Source of the DNA: Scenedesmus sp. PABB004 | Taxonomy: Eukaryota | Direction: 5' to 3' | Length of the DNA: 64,000 bases | Assembly (NCBI GenBank): GCA_014905635.1 | Contig: JABVCE010000013.1 | Span: forward strand, 186,001 to 250,000 | In this document: positions 24,165-40,522 of the stretch, in pieces | How the letters are laid out: the number at the start of each line of letters is the position of its first letter | How positions within the stretch are numbered: the first letter of the stretch is position 1 | The notes under the pieces: generated by a model | Told to the model about the DNA's origin: nothing | Database searches by the model: none | What the model saw: the letters and a program-made list of their open reading frames with translations, nothing else | Translations under genes and position numbers: made by a program

Positions 24165-24723
24165 AAAAGAAGAACATTGCTTTTGTGTGAAGAGAGCCTT
24201 TCTTGTGTTTCCAGGCTGGTCGGGACCGATGCGAAGCGAAGCGGTTGATTGATCGGTCAATGGGGGTGCGTGCCGTGGACTCACAGGTCCGAAGGTTGAA
24301 GGCATGATGTGTTGATGGTGCTGGGGGCCACCGCGCGGTGGCGCCTGCGCGCAGTGCTGCGCGCGCGCGGCGCCGGCGCCCGCCACGCGCCGCCGTTCAT
24401 GCGGCGGGCGCGGGCGGCGCCGGGCTGCGCGCGCGCAGCAGGCGCCCCTGCGTGCCCTGTTGCAGGGCGTGCGTTTGTGCCTCGCAGCGGTGCGAGGCTT
24501 GTCGACGAACCAAACCAAACCACACCAAGCGCGCGCGCACACTCTTCTGACAGCCGACCGCCGTCGCAACCCGGGCCTAGGGAGGCCTGCAGGGCCCGAC
24601 CAACCAGTCGACCGGCCAGACACAGGCCAGACCGACTGCGACACAGCCTACTACAGCACGGCGCGGCCCAAACTTCCTGCGGCCGCGTCGCCCGAAGTTG
24701 GTTGTGGACAGTCGCCGCCCTCG

Positions 24724-24870
24724 CCCTCCTGCCCCTCCTGCCCCTCCTGCCCCTCCTGCCCCTCCTGCCCCTCCTGCCCCTCCTGCCCCTCCTGCCCCGC
24801 CCCTCCTGCCCCGCCCGTCCCCGCAACCGCAACCGCAACCGCAACCGCAACCGCAACCGCAACCGCAACC
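24724..24870. repeat. Adjacent (CCCCTCCTG)n and (CGCAAC)n tandem arrays
   Basis: Directly visible at about 24724-24797 and 24822-24870. Confidence 0.95.
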
Positions 24871-25516
24871 TGGCCCATGCGTCAAACCAGAAGGTGCGCC
24901 GTCGCCGAACGCAGAGCGCAGCGCGCGGCGCGGGGCAGCGCGCGCCCGCAGCCAGCCCGCCCCACCACACACAGGCTCAGGAGAACGAGGACAGACAGAT
25001 AACGCAGCGCCGCCCAGGCACACACAACGAGCAACTATGAGGCAGCCGACAGGCGAGGCGTCAAGACGGAACCACAGCGACCCAGGTCCCACGTCCCGGC
25101 AGGGGGGGCTCGCCCCCGGGTGCGCGAGGGTGGCGGCCGCGCGGCCGCCCATCACGAGCGCCCATCACGAGCGCCCGCGATCTGTGCTATCGGGCAATGC
25201 AACAAAAGGCACCGCCCTGCCCCGCGCCGCGCCGCGCCGCGCCGCCCTGGGTGGGGCGCGCGCGGACGCGCAGTTGGAGAGCGCGGGGCACGATACGGCA
25301 AAACGAGACGGCAAAAGAAGAACGAGGCAACGGGATGCGCCCGCGCCGCGGCGCCCCCAAGCGGGGGCGGCCGCGGCGCGGGGCGGTGTGTTGAGCCTAG
25401 GGTTGGGTGGGCCGGAGCGCCCGCGCAGGCCGCCCGCCGCCGGCGCGCGCCCGCCCGCGCGGCGTCGGCGCCGGCGCCGGCCGCCGCCGCCGCCGGCGCG
25501 GCGCGGCGCGGCGCCA

Positions 25517-25906
25517 TCACCAGGAGGGCGGCGTCAGGCGCTCAAACGCCAGCGGCTCAAACACCAAGGGCGCCGCCGTGGCCGCCCAGGCCTGGCGCGG
25601 CGCCGCCCCGAGGGGGGCGGCGGCGGCCTTGCGCGGCGCGGCGGCGGCGTGGCGGGCCGACGCGAGGGCGGCGAGCCAGGCCACCACGCTCGAGGGCGCC
25701 GCCGCGCCACCCGGCCCGGCGGCCGACACGCTGAGCGCGTCGGAGTCGCACAGCGCGAGCGCGCCGAGCACGACCGCGGTCAACGCCCCGTGCGGCGGCG
25801 CCTGCAGCGTGTCGTAGGAGAGCTCCATCGCGCTCGCGCCGTCGTGGGAGGCGTCGGCGGGGCTCGCGGGGCCCCAGGCGCAGCAGGGCGTCGTCGCGAG
25901 CGGCAT
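25517..25906 (-). CDS. Possible small hypothetical protein
   Basis: ORF MPLATTPCCAW...LVFEPLAFERLTPPSW, with an upstream CAG|GTGGG donor near 26070 suggesting a 5'UTR intron. No homology recognised. Confidence 0.3.
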   Translation of the reverse strand: MPLATTPCCAWGPASPADASHDGASAMELSYDTLQAPPHGALTAVVLGALALCDSDALSVSAAGPGGAAAPSSVVAWLAALASARHAAAAPRKAAAAPLGAAPRQAWAATAAPLVFEPLAFERLTPPSW

Positions 25907-26385
25907 GTTGCCGCCAAACGCGCTCGCGCTGCGAACACGCCGCGGCAGGGCGTGGCGGCGCGCGGATCGGCGGCTAAGAGAGAGCAAGGAGAGCCTCGAG
26001 AGCGGGCAAAGGCGGCCCCCGCGCGGCCAGCGGCGCGGGGCGGGCCGGCCAATCCGCCGCGCGCCCCCACCTGGTCTCCGCTTGCCGGCGCGGTCTGGGC
26101 TGCCCCCACGGTTTACGCAGCACCGCGCTGGAGCGTCTCCCGCCGGGCCGCGATTGAGGGGTTGTCCAAGCGGGCGGCGCGCTGCTGTTCCCAGCGCCCG
26201 GGCGCGCTACGGCCTACGCCGATCGAGCTCTACCGCTGCCAGGAATAGGAGGCCGGGGCGGGCGGGCGGTGGAGAGGCGCGGGGGGCGCCGGTCAGCGCG
26301 TCGCTTTTACGCCGCTGTCTTTGACCGCCGCTGTCTTGACCGCCGCCGCTGCCCGCCAGATTGGCGGGCCGCCCTCGGGCCCGCA

Positions 26386-32699
<6,314 letters not shown>

Positions 32700-33240
32700 C
32701 CTGCGGAGCCGCGCCCGCAGCGGCCGGGGAGCACCGCCCGCGGCGGCGGCGGCGACAGCGGTGCGGCAGCAGAGTGAGCAGCAGCGGCGGCGCCCCCTTT
32801 CCGAGCCTGGCCGCCGCCCGCGGCGCGCGTGCGGCGCCGCGCGAGCGCGACAGCGCGACAGCGCGTCGGCACGAGCGGGCGGCGCCCTGCGCCGCCCGTG
32901 CGCGCGCCGCGGCGGCGGGTGTGGCGCGCAGATCAACCGCTGCCGCCGCCGCGCACCGCGGCGCCTGGTAGGCCATCGCCGACGGGGTCCCGGGAGTGCG
33001 TGAATGCAGGCGGGGCTAGCTCGCCATCGCTCCGGGGGCGTGGAGTGTGCGCGGGCGCCTGCTGCTCTGCGCAGCTGCTGCGGGGCGCGTCGGCGGCGGC
33101 TGGCTGGCTGGCTGGCGCCGGGCGGCTCGCGCAGCGGCGGTGTGGCGCGCCCGGCCGGCGGTCGCTGAGCGCACGGCTGCCCCGGCCGCTCGCGTCGCGA
33201 CGGGTTGCCCGGGCCAAACCCTGCTGCGCCCCGTGCAAGC

Positions 33241-33668
33241 CTACTCGGCGTCGCGCGCACCGTCGCTGCTCGCCTGCGGCCCGCCCGCCGCCGCGCCGCC
33301 AGCCCCGCCGCCCGCCTCGGCGAGCCGGGCAAAGTAGGTCGCCGCGAACGCCAGCACGTCGTCGGGCTGCGCGTCGGACAGCGGCGGCAGGGCGGGGGCG
33401 CGCGCGGCGCCGGCGCGGGCTCAGAGCGCGGCGCGGCGCGCGGCGGCGGCCGGCCGCCGGGGCGGCGCGCACCTGTGCGCGCAGGACCTCGCGCGTCAGG
33501 CCCTTCAGCAGCTCCGGCAGCGCCTGCGCGGCGGCGGCCGCGCACGTGCGGCGTTCGCGCGCGACCCTCCGGCGCGCGCTCGTGCGAGCCGGCCCGCGGC
33601 TGGTCGGCCTCCCGTACTGCCACACGCACCTCGGGGATGGCAAACGGCTGCTGATACTTGCTCGCCAT
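33241..33668 (-). CDS. Stand-alone RIIa (PKA dimerisation/docking) domain micro-protein, ~71 aa
   Basis: Three exons (33668-33630, 33523-33473, 33366-33241) give [45 protein letters not shown]..., matching the RIIa pattern IPxxxxxLLxxxTREVLRxQPxDxxxFAAxYF. Confidence 0.85.
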
Positions 33669-34305
33669 CGCACTCTGCTCAAACTCGCTCTCGCACGCCG
33701 CGACGCGAGCGTTGACCCGCCCGTCCGGCAGCGCGTGGGGCGGCAGGCTGGTGCCGTCGGTGCGGTCTGCTGGCGGAGCTGCCGGGGGAGGCGCGTGAAG
33801 TTGCGGCGGCGGGCGGCTGGCGCCGGCGGGGCGACCGGGGACGGGGCGCGCCGCGCGGGTGTGACGGCAGCGGGCGGGCGCCGCGATCGCTGTGGCTGGA
33901 GTGCTCGGGATGCACTCGTCACTGCCAGCGCCGTTGCGCACGCAGACGGCGCCGCCGCGCCCCCCGCCGCCAACAAGCGGCCGCCCGTGCGCCGCCGCCG
34001 CTGCGCCGCCGCTGCAGGCCCCCCCGCTCCGGTCCCGCGCCCACAGAGCCCCGCGCCGTCGTGCACACCACGCGCAGCCGCCCAGTGCCGCGCGTTCAGC
34101 CCGCGCCCGCGCCTGATCCCCCCGGGCTGCGCGCCCACCCCGGCGCCGCCAGGCCCGCAGCCCGCCCGCCGCGCCGCGCCCCGGCCTCGAGGACTCCCAA
34201 ACTCGCTCCCGCCCCCGCGCTCGGGTCGAGGCGGGCCGCCGGCGCGTGGGGAGGCAGCAGAGCAGCAGCAGCAGCAGCGGCGGCAGCGGGCAGCCGGCGG
34301 CCGCG

Positions 34306-34665
34306 ATGGGCACGTCGCTCAAGGGCGTCGGCATTCCCGTCAAGCTGTTGCACGAGGCCGAGGGCCACACCGTGACGGTGGAGCTGAAGAGCGGCGAGAT
34401 GTACCGGGGGCAGCTGCACACCGCGGAGGACAACTGGAACTGCCAGCTCAAGGACGTGACCGCGACCGGCCGCGACGGCAAGTTCAGCCAGCTCAACCAC
34501 ATCTACATCCGCGGCAGCCGCATCCGCTTCATCGTCGTCCCCGACATGCTCAAGAACGCGCCCATGTTCAAGCGCATCGACCCGCGGCACAAGGGCAAGA
34601 ACCTGCCCATGGGCGCCGGCGGCCGCGGCCGCGCCGCGCAGATGCGCGCGTCGCGCGGCAAGTGA
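34306..34665 (+). CDS. SNRPD3: Small nuclear ribonucleoprotein Sm D3 (intronless)
   Basis: [27 protein letters not shown]...AEDNWNCQL...[24 protein letters not shown]. Confidence 0.97.
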   Translation: MGTSLKGVGIPVKLLHEAEGHTVTVELKSGEMYRGQLHTAEDNWNCQLKDVTATGRDGKFSQLNHIYIRGSRIRFIVVPDMLKNAPMFKRIDPRHKGKNLPMGAGGRGRAAQMRASRGK

Positions 34666-35230
34666 GCGCGCCGCGGGCGAGGGGAGGGGGGGGGGGACGG
34701 CGGGGCGGACGGTGCGCACTGCGCGGGGCGGGCGGGGCGGGCGGGCGGGCGGGGCGGGCGGGCGGCGGGCAGCTGCGCGCGCGCGCAGGCCCGCGCGCGC
34801 GCGCGCGCCGCAGCAGCGGCGCGTCGGCGGCGCGCGGGGCGACCAGCGGCGCGTCGCCGCTGCGGGGCGCAGCAGCTGCCGGCACGGGTCGCGGCGCTGG
34901 CTGCACGCGATGGGAGCGCGCTCGCGCGCGCGATCGGCGGGCTTGGAGCGTGTGCCCCGCATTCCCTGTTAACAGGCAAGACCCCGAACCGCCGTCGCCG
35001 CGCTGTCCCGCTCGCGCCCCTCGCGCCCCTCGCCCGCGCCGCCGGCTGCTGCCGACGCCGCCGCTCCCCAAAACTCTCCGTCTCAAACTCTCCGTCTCAA
35101 CAGCAACAGCAACAACAGGAGGTGTTGTACAGCCAGGCACGCGGCACGCGCCGCAACCCTCGGGCTCGCCGCCGCTGGACCGCGGAGTGAGCGGCGCAGC
35201 AGCCCGGGGGCGCCCCGCGAGCACGCGCGG

Positions 35231-36350
35231 TCAGAAGCCGCGCGGCAGGTAGCGCCCCTTGTCGCTCAGCGCGCGCAGCGCGAGCGCCAGCTCCGAGGGG
35301 TCGCTCGCTGCGAACGCGGCCGGCTCCAGCCCCGGCCACAGCTCGTGCAGGCGCGGCAGGCTGGGCTCGAGCTCCTCAAACAGCAGCACCGGCTCCTCCT
35401 GCACCATGCCTGCGGCCGCGCGCGGCGGCGCGGCGGCTCGGCCCCCGCGGCGGCGCGCGCGCGGCGACGGTCGCGGCTGGGGCCGCGGCGCGGCCGCCGG
35501 CCTGCGCGGCGCGCGCGGCGCGGCGCACCCGCGATGTCGGCGCCGGGCATGCCCGCCGCGAGCGCGGCGACGCGCGGCGCGACGACGTCGGTCAGCACCG
35601 CCGCGTCGCAGCCGAGCAGCGGCCCCGGCGCGAGCTCGATCATGCGGGCGACGTCGCACGCCGGCAGCACCCGCTTGAGCAGCAGCAGGCGCTGCGCGAC
35701 AAAGTCCTGCTCGAGCTCCACCAGCTGCGGCCACCGGTCTGCCAGCTGGCGCACGCGGTGCTCCGACACGAGCATCAGCACCGCCAGGCTGCGCACGACC
35801 TCGGCGCTCGCCGCCGCGCCCGCGCCCGGCGCGCTGCGGCGGCGGCGGCGGCGGCCACGCGGGGCGCGGGGCGGCGTGTGTGCGGGGCGGCCCGACTCCG
35901 TGCGCGCGCTGGAGGCGCCAGCGCTCGCACCCGGCCGCCGAGCGGTCGCGTTGCTGCCGCAGATGGGTGCCGCGCTGCTGCAGCCACCGGCGGTACAGGG
36001 CGCCGACGTGCCAGCCGCCCTGCGGCGGCGCAGCGCCGGGTCAGCGCGCCGGCGCCCGAGCGCGCGGCGCGCGCCGGCGCGCCCGGCAGCGCGCGCCGCA
36101 CCGTGCCGGCCCCAAACGCGTTCTGGGAGAGCCAGTTGAGCACGCCTGCGAGGGGGCCTGCTGCGAGCTCGATGTTGGTCCTGATGTGCAGGTGGTCGCG
36201 CGCTGCGTCCTTCTCGCTGCGGGAGCCAGCGCGGCACCGCACGGCGCCGCGCCGCGGCGGTGCCGCCACGCCGGCGACGCTGCTGCCGCCACCTGGCCGC
36301 CGCGAGGCGGCGGCGCCGCAGCAGCACCGCGGGCTGGCGGCGGGCAGCAT
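35231..36350 (-). CDS. Hypothetical probably plastid-targeted protein with mTERF-like helical repeats
   Basis: Transit-like N-terminus (MLPAASPRC...AVRCRA). Repeats of the form RLLLLKRVLPACDVARMIELAPGPLL / RVAALAAGMPGADIAGMVQEEPVLL. Stop at 35231. Confidence 0.55.
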
Positions 36351-36627
36351 CGCCGGTGCCCGCCGCTGCCGCTGCCGCCGCTGTCGGCGCTACAAGGGGC
36401 GGGCGGGGATCACGTGCAGCGCCACGGTGACGGAATGGAGGAGCTCCGGTGTGCGGGCGCGAAGATCGCCAGCAGCAGGGCGTCTGTTAGTGCCGGCCGG
36501 CCGTTGCGCCCAAGCCGCTGCCGCCGCCGCCAGGGTGCCCAGGCGCCCAGGCGCCCGCCATATCACGTGGGAGCGCCTCCTCCCGCCAATGGAGCGCGCC
36601 TGGCGACCCACCGCGCACCGAGGGGCG

Positions 36628-38472
36628 ATGCGGCAGCAGCGGCGCCAGTGCTGCCAGCGCGGCGCTGCCGCGCCCGGCGCCGCCGCGCCGCGCCCGTGCC
36701 CCCTCCGCGGCCTGCGCGGCCAGCTGCACCCAGGCCGTCGGACGCGCCCGGCGGCGGCGGGGGACGCGGCGTACGCGGAGCTGGTCGAGCTGGTTGACGC
36801 GGCAGGCGGCTTCGTGCACCCCGCGCTGCGCCCCGGCCCTGGCGGCGCCGGCGTCGTCGCGGCCGCCGACGTGCCGCCGCCGCGGGGCTCGCTCGTGGAG
36901 CTGCCGCTGGGGCTGCGGCTCACGCCCGAGGCGGCGCAGGAGCTGCTGCTGCCGCTGCTCAACGCGGGCGGGCTGCCGACGATGGCGCTGCTCGACGAGG
37001 AGGCGCAGCTCGCGCTCGCGGTCGCCTGGCTGCGCGGCGCGGCGCCGCCGGCGGACGGCGGCGCCGAGCCCAAGTGGCGGCGCTACGTCGCGGCGATGCC
37101 CGCGGCCAACCCCGCGGGCTGGGCGCGGTCGCCGGCGGCGCTGCAGGCGGACTACGACGCGGCGCTCGCCGCGCACGGCCTCGACGCGGCGTGGTGGCGC
37201 TACTTTGTCGCGCAGGCGCGCGCGGCGGGGGACGGGGCGGGGAGCGGCGCGCGGAGTGGCGGGGCGCGGGCGCGGCGCGGGCGCGCCGCCGACAGCCGCC
37301 GCCGCCGGCGCTGGGCGCGCAGGTGCAGCAGCAGATGGCGCTGACGGCCGCGACGCTCGCGGAGCGCTACGGCCGTGCGCTGGGCGGCCTGACCGAGGCG
37401 GACGTGCTGTGGGCGCTGGGGCAGGTGCAGCACCGAAAGGTCTCGATCGACGGCCAGGTGGGCTGCACTGGCGGCGCGAGCAGAGCCTGCTGGCAGCCGC
37501 GCCGCGCAGCGAGCAGCGGGCGGGTCGCACGCGGCCCGGCGCCGACGCCGGCGCCGGCGCGCGCGCGGCGCGCGGCGCGCAGGCGGTGCTGGAGCCCTGG
37601 TCGGACCTGCTGCGCCACCCGCCGCCCGGGCAGCCGGGCGGCGCTGACGGCCGCTGCGAGCTGGAGTGGACGTACGGCCTCGACCGCAGCGGCACGGCGG
37701 TGCTCAGCCGCGGCTGCGGCGTGCGCGTGGGTGGCGGCGGCGCGGCGCAGCCGGACGACGGTGGCGGCGGCAGCGACGCCGCGCCGCTGTTGCTGTCCGC
37801 GGGCGAGGAGCTGTGGGCCAGCAGCGGCGGCGGCGAGCTGTTTTCAAGCTTCCTGGCCGAGCACGGCCACTTGGCGCCGCTCGCCTGGTACCTGCAGCAC
37901 GGCACCGTGCCGGCGGGGCTGGCGGGCGTCGCGATGCGGTGCGGGCGGCGGGCGGCGGCTGGGCTGGGGCCCTGGGGAGGGGGGGGGGGCAGGGGCGGGG
38001 AGCGGCTGGCGTGCTGCGCTCACGCGCCCGGCCGCCGCTGGTGCCGCCGCGCAGGACGTCCGACATCCTCGACAGCTGGCGGCGCACCGTGGCGAGCGAG
38101 GCGGGCGCCGGCCCGAGCGGCGGCGCCGCCGGCAGCGACGCCGGTGGCGGCGGCGCCGGCGGCGGCGGCCGGCCCACGGTGCTGTGGGACTATCTGACGC
38201 AGCAGTACCAGCAGGACGCGCTCACGGTGCTCGCCGCGGCGCCGGTCCAGCACCAGCAGGCGCTGCTGGCGTGGCTGATGCGACCCGTGGTGCGCGTGGC
38301 GGCGGTGGACAGCAGCGGTAGCGGCGCCGGCGGCAGTGCCGGCGGCGGCGGCGGCAGCGGCGTCATCGTGCCGGACGTGGACCCGCTGGAGTTGATCGAG
38401 GCGCTGGACGCGCTGCTCATCGCGGCCATCGACGCGGCGGAGGAGGCGGAGGCCGCGGCCGCCGAGGGCTGA
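36628..38472 (+). CDS. Rubisco-LSMT/SETD3-like SET-domain protein, degenerate
   Basis: ELVELVDAAGGFVHPAL...GVVAAADV...LVELPLGLRLT, LALAVAWLR, KWRRYVAAMP, DVLWALGQV and LEPWSDLLRH (canonical PxxDxxNH). Confidence 0.65.
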
Positions 38473-38706
38473 GCGCTGAGGGCTGGGCGCGCTGCGGCCG
38501 CGGCGGGCCCGCGGCGCGGCGCGCAACGCCCCGACGTTACCCGCGCGCTCCCTCTCCGCGAGGGCAGAGGGCGTAAAGGAATCCGCGGCGCCCCCAAAAC
38601 TGTCGCTGAAGCTACAAGTACAGGCCGCGCGGTCCCCGCGGCCCTCCCACGCCTGCTGTACACGCGCTGGCAGCCGCCGCCGCGGTGCCTCGAAGCGACG
38701 CGCCCG

Positions 38707-39283
38707 CTAGCAGCAGCCGCTGCGGCGCTGCGACGCGGCGCGCGCCTCCTGCAGGCGCAGCGCCTCCGGCCCGCCGCGACTGCCGGGCCCCGCGAGGCCG
38801 GGCGTGTCGAGGATCGTCGCCACCTGGGCGCGGGCGGCGCGGGCAGCGCGGGCGGCGCGGCGCGCGGCACCGGTCGGCGGCCGCCTGCCTGCTGCCCCCG
38901 CCGCCGCCACCGCCGCCGCCTGCCTGCTGCCCGCGCCGCCGCGCCGCGCCCGCGCCGCGCCCGCGCCGCGGCCCGGGCCCGGGCCCGCTTCACGCGCTCC
39001 AGCAGCGCTCACCATGCCCCACACCAGCGCATCATACACGCCTTCGTCGACGCCCCCGCAGTCGGTCTTGGCGCTCGTCTCCTGCGCGCGGCGGCCGGCG
39101 GCATGGACTGGGCGCCCGCCCGGCGGCCGCGCTGGCGGCGCTGCCGGCGCTGCCGGCGGCGGCGGCGGCGGCGCCTGGGGCGCGGCGACGCGGCGGCGCC
39201 GGCATCACCTTGAACAGCAGCCCCCGGCCGCGCGCAAACGCGGCGCCGTCCTCGGACGACACCGCGCGCGCGCCGCCCTGCGC

Positions 39284-39317
<34 letters not shown>

Positions 39318-40103
39318 GCGGGGTCGCCGCGCGCGGCTGCGCGCGGCTGCGCGCAGCGCGTGGCGCGGCTGTGCGCGGCTGTGCGGCGCTGCGCGCGGCT
39401 GTGCGGCGCGGGGCGCACCAGGTCGATCTTGTTTGCGACGAGCATCTGCACCGCATCTGGGCGCGTGCCGTAGGCCTGGAAGTCGGGGAGCCACTTTGAC
39501 CCGATGCTCTCCAGCGTCTCCGGCCGCGTCACGTCGTACACTGCCGCGCCACGCGGCGCCGGGCGGCGGGCGGCGGGGTGGGTGTCCGCGCGGCGGCGCG
39601 GCGGGCCAGGGCGGGCGGGGCGCGCCGCTCACCGTACACGACGCCCTGCGCGCCGCGGAAGTACCTGCGGCGGCGGGGACCGCGGCCGGGGTGGGCGCCC
39701 GCCGCGACGCGCCCCAGCGCGCGCGGCGGCGGCGCGCGCCGCGCGCCGTGCGCCGCGGGCGCGCACATCGGGGTGAGCGCCTGAAATCGCTCCTGACCGG
39801 CCGTGTCCCAGAGCGAGAGCGCGACGCTGACGCCGTCCACCTTGAGGCGCTTGATGCGCTGGTCCGTGCCGACTGTTGCTGGCGTGGTGGGGTCGAACGA
39901 GTTGCTGAACATGCGCTCCAGCAGCGCCGTCTTGCCCACCGCCGTGTCGCCGCACAGGACGATCTGTGGCCGTGTTCGGGCGCCGCGCTCGCGCCGGGTG
40001 GAGCCGGGAGGAGGAGGAGGCGTCGCTGCACGGCGCATGCACGCGCGCCGCGGCGCCGCCGCACCTTTATGATCACTTCGGGCTCGTCCTCCGATTCAGA
40101 CAT
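38707..40103 (-). CDS. Rab GTPase, Rab18/RabC-like
   Basis: GDTAVGKT, WDTAGQERFQALTPMYFRGAQG, VANKID, ETSAK, ILDTPGL and C-terminal SGCC prenylation motif. Confidence 0.9.
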
Positions 40104-40522
40104 CGTCGCCACGCCACCGGCCGTCCGCGAGCCCGAAAGCGAGCCACGCGCGGGGTGCGGCGTTCGGCCGCCGCTGCCGCCGCTGCCGCGGGCGTCCTGT
40201 GTGCCGCGGCTGCCGCACCCCACTCGGCAATTGCGCTCGGCTACGCTCGCACACTGGAGGGGCGGGAGAAGAGCAGGGCAGCTCGGCGGCTGCGGCGGCG
40301 CAGCGCGCTTGCGCTGAGCCCCGGCGGCGCATTAGCCCTGGCCCGCGCAGCGTTGGTCGCGCGGCCACTGCCGCGCGCGTCCACGGACCTGCGGGCGCGA
40401 CGCTGCCGCCGCTCGGGGCAGCGACCGCTCAGGCGCTGCTCCGACTCGATCGGCTTCCCCGGCCCACCGACTTGATCCGGCCGCCCTTCGCCCCACTGCG
40501 TCCCGTGCACGACCACGGTGCC

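Noticed and set aside
24724..24870. CRISPR-like array
   Set aside because: Head-to-tail short tandem repeats with no unique spacers; eukaryotic context.
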